DNA from: Camelus dromedarius
Taxonomy: Eukaryota
NCBI RefSeq assembly: GCF_036321535.1
Contig: NC_087437.1
Location: 12,774,001 to 12,838,000 of the forward strand
Length of the DNA stretch: 64,000 nt
Direction: 5' to 3'
Of the stretch, positions 29,633 through 42,675 are shown piece by piece; the first letter of the stretch is position 1, and every line of letters starts with the position of its first letter. The notes beneath the pieces were generated by a model. The model saw nothing but the letters and a program-made list of their open reading frames with translations, was not told the origin of the DNA and did no database searches. Made by a program: the position numbers and the translations under genes.

Positions 29633-32600
29633 TGCTGAGAATTATGTGTATCTAATCATTCACTAGCCCTCTTCCTTTTTAGAATGCCTAATCCCATAGA
29701 GTTCTCATCAATGGAAATTTAGTACCTAAGTGCATCCTATAATCTTGTCTTTTTAGTACTAATCACAAAAGTTGGTTTGTAGGTCATTTAAAAAATTATT
29801 TCTAGCTCTGAAAATCTGTTATTCTGACTTACACGTAAAACTTTCAAAAACAACTACCTGCCTTTAGAACCAGCTGATAACCATCTCTGGCTCTAACTCT
29901 ATCTTTCCCTGTAGCTGACAAGGGAAACATGTAATTTAGCTCAAAATAAAAAACTGAATAAGAGTTAACAACAGATAACGTATGTGCCATGTCCTTTACT
30001 TCAATCTTTTGCAACAATCTTATAATATAGGTATTGTCCTTTCCTTCTAAAAAGGAGGAAACTGAATCTCAGACTTCACATAAATTGCCTATAATCGCCT
30101 TCTTAGGATGGTAGATTAAGATTTAAACCCACTGGTTTGATTCCAAAGCTTACATACCCTCCACCATATAAGATGCGAACAAACTCACTCATCCTCAGTT
30201 AACTACCTCGGTGAATTTCTCCAGGCATCAATAGTAGCGCAGATGAGAAACCTGAAGTTATTTCAAGTATTTTGAGTCCCCCCATTACCAGCTGTACTCC
30301 TGGCATTCAGTCATCAAGAACCTCCAATTCTTGCCTCTCCATTTTCAGTTATGCTTATTATAACTGCAATGGCTTCAGAGATGAAACCATGCCTTGTATC
30401 TCCTAACATCATTATTCTTACATGAAATTCTCATTATGTTTCTCTTTGGGTCCAGAAACTACAATCACTACAATCACTTTTTCTTGCCATGTCAAATATA
30501 CATTCTCTTATCAAATTTTTGTTCTCAAAACTGTTCCACTTTAGATCCCCCTGCTATCTCTTCACATAAACATGTAAGTGTTTAAGCATCGTCTTGATAT
30601 TGTTCTCTAGATTTTATGCTGTGGATATTTTCCATACCTATGTCTTTCACCCAAACATATTTCTTTTCTTCAAAGGAAGAAACCACCTTCCCCTCCTGGC
30701 CCTTCCCAAACACACCCAATGCAGTGTGTAGCCAGTAACTGTATGCAGTTTGCAAAGGAACTTGGTGGAAAATCAAATATGTTTTTTTAAAGAATGAATG
30801 AAGCACATTTTCTAAGGGACCCATGTGGAATAGCAATGAAACTATTACAGGTTTTTGAAAAGTTGAGGACAGCTCATCTTTATCTAGAAGTTAGTGAACT
30901 GAAAAAAATGGTTCAAACCCATGGCATGCTGTGCAGGCAAATCAGTGTATATTTCATTCTCTGATTTCATTAGCTTTATGACTCTTAATTGGGAAACAGG
31001 GTAAACATTATCTGAAGCAGAAATTGAAAACTTAACCAAAAGTATTATTTTCACTTGCATATAGTGACAAATACCACTGTTTAAAACAAAACAAAACAAA
31101 ACCTGCTAATTAAATTCTCATTTGAGCACTCATCCTATAAAATACTATGCTATGCCAGACCCTGAGGCAGGAACAAGGGATATGGAGACAACATCCCTTA
31201 CACAGTCCCTTATCTCTCACACTAATGGATTTTCTAAGACAGCAAAAGAAACAGAAAACCTTGGTTTTCTCTACCCTCGGGTAAGTTAGACTAGCATATC
31301 TGTAACGTGGTGTGGCTTGGATCAAGAAGAGGTCTGAGGCTTTTCTGTTAAGAGGTCACTGGACTTGGAACTGTAAGAAAAGGTGGGTCCCCCCTCTCCC
31401 CCAAAGACTGAAGGAGTTTGAACTGTAAGAACATGAAGGAAGTAATACTATTCCTTAAGACGAACTAAAAAGGGTAGTTTTCCACACTATCTCCACTTAC
31501 ATGAGTTCCACACTCCTAGTTCCCTTTTTTGATAAAAACTTTTTAAGATGAGAAACATAAGCCATAGTAAAGATTGTAACATGAAATGTCAGCATGCCCA
31601 GCTTCTTCTATGAGTTTGGTAAACATTCATAATGATGATTATGATGCAAAAGATTTCCTTTCTCAAAACATCTTAATGTTAGTATTTGTGGTTTTGCTGC
31701 ATTGAAAGCAGAAGTGAACCCTTATTACAAGGCCACCTCCCTTTTCTGAATAGTGGGGTTTAAACAGCTTGGTGGCTTTCCAGGTGGGAGGTCCCAGCTG
31801 AAGGGCTCTCTGCTCATGAGTTCACTCATGCAGAGGCTTGTGGCATCCTTGTACTCTAAAGAGCTGTTAGACCTTCCAGGGTAGAGAAGATGAGGTAGAG
31901 AAGAAGGTGTCACAGAGGAGGAAGACAGCCCCCACATAGGTCACAATTGTGCATCTTTGTACAGTGCACATGCTGCAACCCTCGCGGCATCTGGAGCATA
32001 TCAAGGGCTCAATATATTTTGCCTTCAATTAACTTTTAAAATCATTAATGTTACCTATATGGACAATGTTATAACTGCTGCTGTTTAAAACACTGCACTT
32101 GTAACTAATGTCACTTAAAATTGGCTCACGTGAAAATCTATTTCTTTGAAATTGAGGAGGCTTTCCATTTAGACTGCATGCCAATATATCCACCACTTAC
32201 AAGAGCAAGTGCACCACGGGCTGAGGGGGGACCGAGAACCTATATAATCATGGTGAGCCGATAAACGAGGTAACATCACTAAAGCACCGGCACCTGGTGC
32301 TCCTTTAACCCCGCTGCATTTCCCTCCCCGACACATGCCATCCCTCAAGACACCACACCATCTGATCTAAGAATTGAGGGGAGTAATGATTCAGATTGAA
32401 TAATCAAAGTTGCTTCCCATATCCCAAAATCTGTTACGGTCCCTTAGAGATCTAGAAGTGGACTGGTGCTCACAAGAGAAAGAAAAAAATTACTTTTAGT
32501 CAAGGTTATCCTCACTAATACTACAGCAGTATTATGGTTTAGTATTAATATATTCACAAAATGCTGGGAAGAAAACATTCTGTCCATGACTAACTTCTGA

Positions 32601-32747
32601 TAAGCATGTGCCAATTTAAGGCACGCTGCTGGGTAAAACTCACGCCGTGAGAATTAAACGCTGTTACCGCTTAGGTGCTGACACCGAAGACGGTTAAACG
32701 GCGGGACCCGAGGCCAGACCCCGGGGCGCGCCTTCCCGCCTCCTCTG

Positions 32748-32782
32748 CCCCGCCCCGCCCCGCCCCGCCCCGCCCCGCCCCG
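32748..32782. repeat. (CCCCG)7 pentamer repeat in NGLY1 intron 1
   Basis: Seven perfect CCCCG units read directly. Confidence 0.9.
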
Positions 32783-32972
32783 GGACTCAGTTCGCCCCGG
32801 GCTCCCCTACAGCAGGTGTCAGGTCACAGGTGCAAAGAGACTCTCTCCCCTCGGGCGGGGCTGGGGCCGGCCGGCCTCTGGGCCCCTGAGCGAGAGCCAG
32901 GCCCGGGCCCCTCCCGGCCTCGCCGCCCCTGGCGCCGGCCAGGCGCCCCAAACCCCGGCGGAGCGGGCGCTA

Positions 32973-33467
<495 letters not shown>

Positions 33468-34016
33468 CTAGTCCGGGAAAGGCGAGGGCACGCCAGGAGG
33501 GGCCGGGGCTCAGTCAGGCGGACTAGGGGCTGTTTAGGGGAGCGTCGGGGATTTGGACGGGGTAGGGGGAGGGCGCGGATCGTCAGAGCCCCGGGGCTTC
33601 AACCAGTCGGGGGCGTGGTCTTGGTCGTCCGGGCGGAGAGGCTTTAAGATATCTGGTGGTCGGGGCCGCGGGGTCGGGTGGGAAGGCTGGTCATAGGGGC
33701 GGGAGACTTCGGGCAGGGCCAGCGAGTGTTGGCTGGTGCACCAAAGAAACCAGGGTTCCTCCCAGCCCCAGTGCCAGCCCCAAATGATGCAGCCAGGCAG
33801 GTGGAGAACCCCCCTATATTTCCAACCACCCCCTTTTCCCAAATGAAACTATCCTACAGCTTCCTCGTAGGTTGTCAGGCCTTCTTAAATAAATGTGGAT
33901 GAAAGACCCCAGAAGGAAGGAGCAAACAATGTTCACCTAACGCATGGCTGTAAACACCACTAGGTTTCTGCTATATGGATTCCTTTTAGAATTAAATAAA
34001 TGACTGAAAATCTTTT

Positions 34017-34130
34017 GGGGGAGGGTATAGCTCAAGTGGTAGAGTGCATGCTTGGCATGCACAAGGTCCTGGGTTCAATCCCCAGTACTTCCTCTGAAAA
34101 TAAATAAATAAATAAATAAATAAAAGAAAA
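34017..34130 (+). mobile_element. Camelid tRNA-derived SINE (Vic-1-like)
   Basis: GGGGGAGGGTATAGCTCAAGTGGTAGAGTGC...GGTTCAATCCCCAGTAC + (TAAA)n tail; TSD GAAAATCT at 34006 and 34131. Confidence 0.9.
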
Positions 34131-34719
34131 GAAAATCTCTTTCATAAGCCCCAGCTCAGATAGTATGATGTCTCTGTAAAGAACTGATTTTCAAAACCAC
34201 AGGGTTTGAAACATAGTGGGTTAAATTGACCAAAATAAAACACACAATAACGATGAAATAGAGTAGAATGGAATGGAAAGGAAATACAGCAAAATGATGC
34301 ATCCCATATAGTAAGGGCATGTATCAATTTGTGACTTTGTTTTCTGGGTAGATCATGTGATCAGTGTCCTTTATTCTTCTTGGAAGATGAACCCTAACCT
34401 CCTTAATTCATCCTCTGCCTCACTATGCTCTGTAAAGTGTACTTTACCAATGGCTTCCTTTCTTGGCAAAAATTCCTTTCCAAACCTCAACAAATATCTT
34501 TCTTGACATTATGTTTTTAAGATAAGTTATTTGCCTAAGTAGCTTCTTTAAATGTTATTTGCTTTTTAAATTTGAAATTTTCTTCCAATATCTCTGAGCA
34601 AAATCCTGAGCTATACCACCCACTTCAGTTACCATTCATTTGCCAGATAAATGTGAGAAGTTTTTTTTTAATACATATGTAGTTTTGGGGACCAGCTTCC
34701 AAAAAGTGTGTTCAGCTGA

Positions 34720-35556
34720 TAGTGTATTGCTAGTTGCTGTAACTAAAAATTTCAGTGACTTAACACAAGATAAATGGCTTTCTTGTTCACGCAAAAATTG
34801 AGTAAGTAGCACAGGTGTCCTTTGTCAGAGAGCAGCTTTCCTCCAAATAATGATTCAGGGCCCCAGGCTCCTTCCATCCCGTAACATAAAGGTCAACAAA
34901 CATTTTCTGTAAAAGGCCAGATAGTAAATGTTTAAGGCTTTGTAGCCATAGGGTCTCTGTTTCAACTATGTAACTCTGCCTGTGTGGTTGTGGTTCCATC
35001 AGCATTGCAGTTTATGCTTTAACAGCTCGGGGTGTTACAGGCACCAACCCTCTGTGCAGTCGAAAGTCTGCATATAACTTCCGGGGTATGCATACAGGCT
35101 TCCTCTGTATCTGTGGTTCCATATCTGAGGAGTTCACTAACGGTGGACTGTGTGGTGCTGTAGTATTTACTACTGGAAACTATCCGCATATAAGTGGACC
35201 CGTGTTGTTTGAGGGGCAACTATATTTTAAAATGAACAGGTATGGCTGCGTTCCAATGAAACTATTTACCAAAACAGGCAGCCTGCTGGATTTAGCTTAC
35301 TGCTGCCACAGAGCCTCAGAGACCTCTACATTTAGTTAGTGATTGGGCAAAAGGGCAGCATCCCTGGTTCTTAAGCACATGGCCCAGAAATGAGGAACAG
35401 CATTTTCTCTACCACATTGCTGGTGAGAATGAAGCGCCATCCAGATAAAAGGGGGGAGATGAGGAAATGCAGTCCCTGGCTGGATGTGGCCACTCACAAC
35501 CCTAAAGGATGGAGGAAGGTGCGGGGCTAGGGCTGCAACTAGCTGTCTCTATCACA
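34720..35556 (-). mobile_element. Old MaLR/ERVL-type LTR interrupted by MER58A (about 34888-35305), itself interrupted by a Tigger2a-like MITE (about 35015-35222)
   Basis: MER58A 5' half 'ggtcaacaaacattttctgtaaaaggccagatag' and 3' half 'ggctgcgttccaatgaaactatttacc' flank a Tigger body ending 'gtttgaggggcaacta'. Confidence 0.65.
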
Positions 35557-35752
35557 AACTATACTCTCCTTAATTTCAGTTTCTTTTTTTCCATCAGCAC
35601 ATTTATTTATCCTTATATTAATTATATAAGGTTATTATATATTTTCTAGTATATTTTTTTAAGCAACAGAACACTTTTTTCCAAATAAAATCTTAAGAGG
35701 AAACACAGTATATACAGAACACCAGTGGAAGTGCTCTAGAAATGAAGCAGGA

Positions 35753-35809
35753 GTGTGTGCGCGAGCGCGTGTGTGTGCGCGAGCGCGTGTGCGTGCGTGC
35801 GTGTGTGTG
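35753..35809. repeat. Alternating purine-pyrimidine (TG/CG) tract with an 18-bp duplication
   Basis: gtgtgtgcgcgagcgcgt x2 + gtgcgtgcgtgcgtgtgtgtg. Confidence 0.85.
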
Positions 35810-36929
35810 GCGGGAGGAGGAACCGAAGGTTATCAGTCCAGTTTTCCCCTTGACAGAGATAATGGCCTTAGGGTAATTTTGTGGGGAACATGCAACCACA
35901 GTTGAAAAGCAACGCCATAAAGTTAATACTGTGATAATAATGTACAGTCTAGAATATCATAGAAATCCTCATTTTAAGGGGAATTCAGTAAATTATTGTT
36001 TATTTTAAATCACCTGAAATTTAAATCCTTTCCAATTACTCTTTGAGTTCCTTTGAGTAACTACAATCTCTCTTGGATAGCACCACTTACGAAGCTCTTA
36101 GGGGAATTTATTATAGGGGACTTGACTCATTCTTTTCCCTCTCTGCTTCTTCCACTTAAGTCAGGTTGAAAATATTTTTATTTTTCAGTTTTCTTTAGAA
36201 AAGGTGAAGATATTAAGCTACTCTTAATCTCTTTATATCCCCCATTGCTTCAAACACATGAAAGGATGTTCTAGTATTCAATCAGCTTTGAACTTCCTAT
36301 TCTTTCATTTCACTTTTCTTTTGTTCCAAAGTAATGATTTTTTTTTAAGGATTCTAGCTTATTAAGAACACCATTTTTAGAGCTGACACTATTCTTAAAT
36401 GAAATAGAATAAAGAAGTAACTCACTAAAATTTCCCCAGGAGAGGTTTTGTCATAAAAAAAAGAAAATGTTGACCTCAATAAAGACCATCAGCAAGGAGA
36501 GGGGTTGAAGCCTTTCAGGAATTGATCTGGTGATTCACTGTCGTGTGATTGATTACAGTAATTAACCAATAACTATTTATCACACACCTGCTCTGTGCAA
36601 AGCAGTCTGAGATAGATAACATTAAGATACTTTTTATCTAGTAGGAAGGGCAAAACCAAGAATACCTTACATACAGATAGCCCATTAGTTGATGAAACAA
36701 AAAAGTTTTTGTGAAAAGAAAAACAGAAGTCATTTGGTAAGAAACACACAAAGTGGTGTATGAATACCAGCCAATATAAGGGTATGTATTTATGAATTCA
36801 TTCCATAGTTCATTCACTCACCAAACATTTATGAAGCGGCTACTGAAAGCCAAGCACTGTGCTAGGCACTATGAAGCAGGGGAGGAGATGGGCCCAGGCC
36901 CTGCTTTCATGGGAGTCATTGTGACTAGT

Positions 36930-37065
36930 TACACCAGTAGTATCAGCATCAGGGAATTCGGCAGAATATTCTCAGGCCCCGTCTTTAAAGGTGAGGCCCC
37001 GCAATCTGTGTGGTAAGCCCTTCAGATGATTTTGATGCAAGGTAAAGTTTGAGAACTATTAGTTT
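36930..37065 (+). mobile_element. MER5A-like hAT-Charlie fragment
   Basis: 'cagcatcagggaa...ctcaggcccc...aatctgtg...gattttgatgca...aagtttgagaacta'. Confidence 0.65.
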
Positions 37066-39744
37066 AGAGGAAGGAAAATTCCACTGTGGTTGCAGTTTCA
37101 TGGAAGAGGAAGAATTTGAACAGAACCCTTAAATTTGGAGGTTTATGAGGTGACGAAGAGGAGGACTTCCCAGCTGTGAGATAAACTGTCCCCCTGTCCC
37201 GATGTACAAAGGGACAGGATCCCAGCCACATTTCCCCCTCAACATCGTCTCCATCTCTCCTCCTTGCCGTTGCCTCAGTTCAGGGCCTCACCAGTCTTAA
37301 CTCTCTTCCCCACGTCCATTCCCACATCTCAAATCCCCTCTGCACACTGCTGCAATGGTGATCTTTCTACACCACCCAGCTGATCATATTATTCTTCTGG
37401 TGACAAGTTTTCTATGGCTAATCTTTGCCCACATCGTACAGTCAAATGATGTCAGGAGTCAGGCAAGTAACTTGAATGTCCTCAGTGGCTTTGTTCAAGA
37501 AGAAAAGGAGGAGCAGAGACCCTGGTGAAGGGAATGAGGGAGCTTACCATTTCCTTCCTGGAGGAATTTAGATTCAACAAAAGAATGTTGCAGTCCATAT
37601 TAGACCAGGGCTGCCCGCATATCATCTCTGACCTGCAGGATCAAATCCAGAGTTTTCAGCACGACACCCAAGACTTTTTCCTATCAGTCTGTGTGTCACT
37701 TTCACTCACACCTCAAATCCAACATTGATCACGTGGAACTACTACCAGCAGTTTGTGGGAGATACCAGGGCTCCAGGTCTTTGTTCTACTCTGCCTGTGA
37801 GGATGCCCTTTTCCTGCCAAATTTACTAGCTACAAACATTTACTCATTTTCAAGATGCAGTTCAAAGTTCACTTGTTTTGAAGCCTTTTCTGACTTTGGA
37901 AGGTAGCACAGACCCCATTGTCTCCTTTGTGTTATTATAATAATTCTGTTACATTCTTCTGTTACAGCATCTGTTTCAGTAGTTTGCACATATCTGTCTC
38001 CAAGGCTGTCAGCTTCTACTTGACTGTGAACTTGAAACTTCTTGAAAGCAAGAACCATACCCTACTAATTTTCATATGCCAGCTTCTAGCACAAGTTAGG
38101 AAGAAAATGAATGTTGAAAGTACAAGCAAAGATACAGAGATGAAAAAAGAAAAGCTGAAGTCAATCTAGAAATAGATTAGTTTTGCTGGGTAGAAATCTA
38201 TTTTAATAGAGAATGGGAATCATATCTGGAAAGATAGTTTTGAATCAGATTACAAAAAATTTAAGTAAACCTAAGTGTGACTAGGAGGCTATGGTAGTAG
38301 AGCCCCTTTGAAGATTTTGGTGCAAGAAAAGACCCTGGTATTTTACCAAGGAATATGGTACTAAATTATATACAGCAATTAGAATATCATAAAATTTCTC
38401 GCCCCTTTCCAGACTAAAGGAAAGATCGGACTTGTTGGTGATTTGTCACTTCTTATCCAAGATAATTTTATGATGTTACAAAAGGAAAAAGAAAAGCATG
38501 TTAAAACTATGTGTTTCATATAAGTTTGGTCTCAAAGAAAATATCGTAGGCCTTTTCACACTATGATTTTAAAATATTGTTTAGCAATGGAGAGAGGAAA
38601 GAACAAGTTTGGGTACTTCTCACTCATTAAGTTTTAGTTGTATTTTATGACCACAAGTTTGTTTTAATTCCTCTTAAAGTAACTCTGTTGTATTGAATGA
38701 AGGTCGTGCTAAGAAGTGAATGAACAGGCCTTGGATTAAGGATGATTCAAGGTCATACTGGGCTTCCCTGAACTACTTTAGAATAAGTGTATTTCCAAAC
38801 ACATTTTAATCCAGTACTAACCAGGAAAAGCTAAGCTTCTCCCAAATTCTTCTCTAGAGCTAAAAAAGAAGGCAGAGGCCTTTACTTGGAAATGAGCGCT
38901 TCAAGAGCATTGCCCGGGAAGAAATAAATACGCTGAAAGGTTCAGATGCAGATTAAATGGCCAATCTTTTTAAAGAAGGAAAAAGGACACAAAACACACC
39001 TGGGACAGCAGGTGAGCAGTAGATAGTCATCTAAATAAATACCACTTTGTTGATTTCTTGCTTTTTTATATTTTCATGTTATTTTTCCCTTGATAGAGTC
39101 ACAGCCAGCTCTGAGCAAATAAAACTTAGTGACGTTTTCAAACATTTAGAAATAAACATATACATTCTTCTTTATTCTATTCTTGTCTCCATTCTAGTCA
39201 GACATTGGGTGTAATATTTTGAGCACTGCCCCAGATCTGAAAACAATTTTTTAAATGCAAAAATACCTTTATCATTACAAAAGCATTATTTGTTTACTGG
39301 AGAAATAGTAAACAAGGCTAAGCAAAAGTAAGGGGGGAGGAACATCACAATTATTGTTCATACTTGCAGATCTCCCCCCCCAAAAAATCTTAAAAAAAAA
39401 AAGGAAAAAGTTACAACTTGCAATTTCTAACATGATTTCAACATCTTTCCACATTAATATTCAGTTATAAAATTGTTTTAACTGGCTGCACAGCATTTAG
39501 ATGTATCACAAAATACACAACCGATTTCCTGATGTTGGGCATTTTGATTAGTTCTACTTTGTTATTTTTAATAGCTTTGGGAGATACAGTAATAACTCTA
39601 AGGATACAGTCACTTCTTTCATTCTTCTCTAGGATTCCAGTAGCATAGGATGATGTCCCTTTTCCCACAGCAGGGGGATGTTTGGGCATTATTATTACCA
39701 AAAAAACACACACACAAAAATCCTCTTTGATAGGCAAAAAAGCT

Positions 39745-40340
39745 ATCGCTTCGCGTTACGTGCACGTTCCTGGTTAGTCGCTGAGGTTACGCGAGAGGAG
39801 CCTTCCCCAGCGCAGCCCGCACCCGCCTCCTCCCGCGGTCTGACCTCTGCCAAGGTGACGCGGACGAAGGGCACCCGCCGGCCCGGCGCGCACGTCAGGC
39901 GCGCGCGCGCCTGTGCGGACGAGCGTGTGCGCGTGCGCGCGCCTGTGCGGACGAGCGTGTGCGTGTGCGCGTGCGCACGCCAGCGCAGCGCCGGAGACGC
40001 ACGAGGCCGGGGGCAGGTAGCAGGAGCTGGCTGTTCTTCTCCTTCCGCCTTCCCCCGCGGGGTCGGGGCGAGGTTGGGCGCGGAGAAGGGAGCGGAGGGC
40101 CTGGGCCTGGCGTCTTTTCCTCTCGCCGCGCTTTCCTCGGGTGTGAGGGGCGGTGCGGGGAGTTGGCCCCACCCCTGCGCTCCCCCTTTCTCCCGCCCCT
40201 GACTTTCGCGGTCCCTGAAACCCTGATTATCTCCACGTTGAAGATCAAAACACTCAGCCTTACCCCAAGAATAGGCCCTGAAATGTGTTTTGTGTCGCCG
40301 ACGCCAGGAATACTATTCATAAAAAGGCCTCGGTAGTCCT
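39745..40340. promoter_or_regulatory. OXSM CpG-island promoter / 5' region with NRF-1 consensus sites
   Basis: CpG-dense island about 0.4-0.9 kb upstream of the OXSM ATG; YGCGCAYGCGCR matches on the minus strand at 39928-39939 and 39966-39977. Confidence 0.85.
39770..39854 (+). other. OXSM: Probable non-coding exon 1 of OXSM (5' end approximate)
   Basis: Inside the CpG island, ends at donor-like CAAG|gtgacg. The first coding exon starts at an acceptor (ttacag|G 40654), so an upstream exon is needed. Alternative donor GCAG|gtagca near 40016 cannot be excluded. Confidence 0.5.
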
Positions 40341-40682
40341 GTGAGAGGGTGCTTCCCGCAGCCTGGATCAGGTTGGGGGTGCCCGTGTGTTTCTCATTGT
40401 AGAGTTCTGTTGTGGTAAATGGACTGAATCGTCCTTTCACCTGTTTTGGAATGTCTGAGAGTCTAAAAAGGGTTAAGTCCAAACAGGTAGTTTGATGATA
40501 AGTATGAATTAAAATGACGTAACATTATTTTCCCTCTGCTCATTAACAGCTCACACCAAGCTCCTGAAAGAACATCTTGGCTATCGTTTCTTAGGCCTTT
40601 AAGCTGTTTACGCGACAGTGGGTACCTGCTGGGCGTGCTGTGGTCTGTTACAGGAATGTTTCTGATCATCTGAATCTCAACC

Positions 40683-41662
40683 ATGCTGTCAAACTGCTTG
40701 CAAAATTTTCTAAAAATGACAAACTCTCCTCTAATACATACACGATTATGCCAGCGATTAATAAGTGAAAGGAGGTTTTCCGGAACTGCGCCGTCCTCCA
40801 GCTTGCGTAGGCGGGTTGTCATTACAGGCATTGGCTTAGTGACTCCACTTGGTGTTGGAACTCAGCTGGTATGGGATCGTCTAATCCAGGGAAAGAGTGG
40901 GATTGTTCCGCTGGTTGGTGAAGAGTACAAGACTATCCCTTGCAGTGTTGCTGCTTACGTGCCAAGAGGGTGTGATGAAGGGCAATTCAATGAACAAAAC
41001 TTTGTGACCAAATCAGACGTCAAGGCCATGTCTTCTCCCACCATCATGGCCATAGGGGCTGCAGAGTTAGCCTTGAAAGATTCCGGCTGGCATCCCCAGT
41101 CAGAAGCTGATCAGCTGGCTACTGGTGTTGCAATCGGCATGGGAATGGTTCCTCTTGAAGTTATTTCTGAAACTGCTTTGATGTTTCAGACGAAAGGTTA
41201 CAACAAAGTCAGCCCATTCTTTGTCCCTAAGATTCTGGTCAATATGGCCGCAGGCCAGGTCAGCATTCGACATAAACTCAGGGGCCCCAACCATGCGGTG
41301 TCCACAGCCTGTACCACCGGAGCTCATGCTGTGGGAGACTCCTTTAGATTTATAGCCCACGGCGATGCTGATGTGATGGTGGCTGGAGGTACAGATTCTT
41401 GCATCAGCCCTTTATCGCTTGCTGGGTTTTCCAGAGCCCGAGCTCTGAGCACAAACTCTGATCCTAAGTTGGCATGTCGACCATTTCATCCAGAGAGAGA
41501 TGGTTTTGTCATGGGAGAAGGAGCCGCCGTGCTGGTGCTAGAAGAACGTGAGCATGCTGTTCAAAGAGGGGCCCGGATCTACGCAGAAATTTTGGGCTAC
41601 GGACTCTCAGGTGATGCTGGTCACATAACCGCCCCTGATCCTGGAGGAGAAGGTGCCTTCAG
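40683..41662 (+). CDS. OXSM: OXSM coding exon (exon 2): mitochondrial 3-oxoacyl-[ACP] synthase N-terminal part
   Basis: Arg/Ser/Leu-rich presequence-like N-terminus, [15 protein letters not shown], active-site STAC210TTG, CRPF...[10 protein letters not shown] ketoacyl-synthase motifs; donor AG|gtaaag; exon acceptor at 40654. Confidence 0.97.
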
Positions 41663-42343
41663 GTAAAGACTGGTGGTTTGTTCCAAATATTTCTTCAGAT
41701 AAAACCCTTTATTGGAGTTTCAACTTAGGAAAAATTGTAGTATTTGGCCTTAGTGTACTGTATCTCTGTTGTTTTTCCATGTTAGGCCAAACAGTTTTTT
41801 TTGAATTCTTTGCTTTACTGTGTTCGATATATTTGAAAACATTTGATTATCCTTAAGAAAACTGAATTTTTAGTTAAGGACAGTGAAGTTGTGAAGAAGG
41901 CCATGTTCACATACCTTCAGTTGTGCTTAACAGCTGTCAGGGTGCTCCCTCCCACAAGCCTTTCATCAGACTTAGACAGGAAGGTTAACCCTTTGATCTA
42001 GATGCATCTGGTCTCTGCTCCATTTCAGCAGGGTTCTGCTGTTATTAAATTGGTGCGTCTCAACTTTTAATCGCTCTTATTAAAATGCAGAGTCTGACTA
42101 TAGGTCTATGGTGGTGCTTGAGATTCTGCATTTCTCACAAGCCCCTAGGTCCTGCTGCTGGTCTATGGACCACACTTAGAAAAGCAAGTTGCTATCATTG
42201 TAGAAGACATAGTGAGTTAAGTAAAAAAAACAAAACAAACAAAAAACCCCAAGCCCCCAAAATCCCTCTGATAGTATGTTAATATGTTAGTTAATAGTTT
42301 AGCTTACTTAGATCATATTGTGTTTTAATCTGTTAAATTAGCC

Positions 42344-42675
42344 ACGGGTTGGCAAGCCTTTTCTCTAAAGGAATAAAAAATAAATATTTTTGGCTTTGTG
42401 AGCCATAGTCTCTGACCCTTGAACAACATGGGTTTGAACTGCTTGGTTCCACTTACATGCCACTTATTTCACTAAATACATACAGCAGTACTGCGTGATC
42501 TGCATTAAATCCGTGGATGTGGAATTGGGGATGTGGACGGCCAACTGTCAAGTTACAGAGAATTGTCCACTGTGCTGAGGGGAGGGGGCAGCACCCCTAA
42601 CCCCTGTGTGGTTGAAGGGCCAAATGTATTTGCAAAAACAGGAATCTAGCCAATGTCATAGTTCACCGACCCCTG
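42344..42675 (+). mobile_element. MER58A-like MITE with nested Tigger2a-like MITE (about 42410-42627) in OXSM intron 2
   Basis: 'cacgggttggcaagcc...ggctttgtgagccatagtctc' | 'tgacccttgaacaacatgggtttgaactg...ttgaagggccaaatg' | 'tatttgcaaaaacagg...gacccctg'. Confidence 0.75.

Noticed and set aside
34017..34095. tRNA-like sequence (also at 16130-16200, 18800-18875 and 53860-53920)
   Set aside because: A and B boxes are present, but the acceptor stem does not close and each copy has an A-rich tail, some with TSDs. These are SINE heads, not tRNA genes.
39678..40482. 125-195 aa ORFs over the OXSM island
   Set aside because: Low-complexity, GC-driven frames with no recognisable domain
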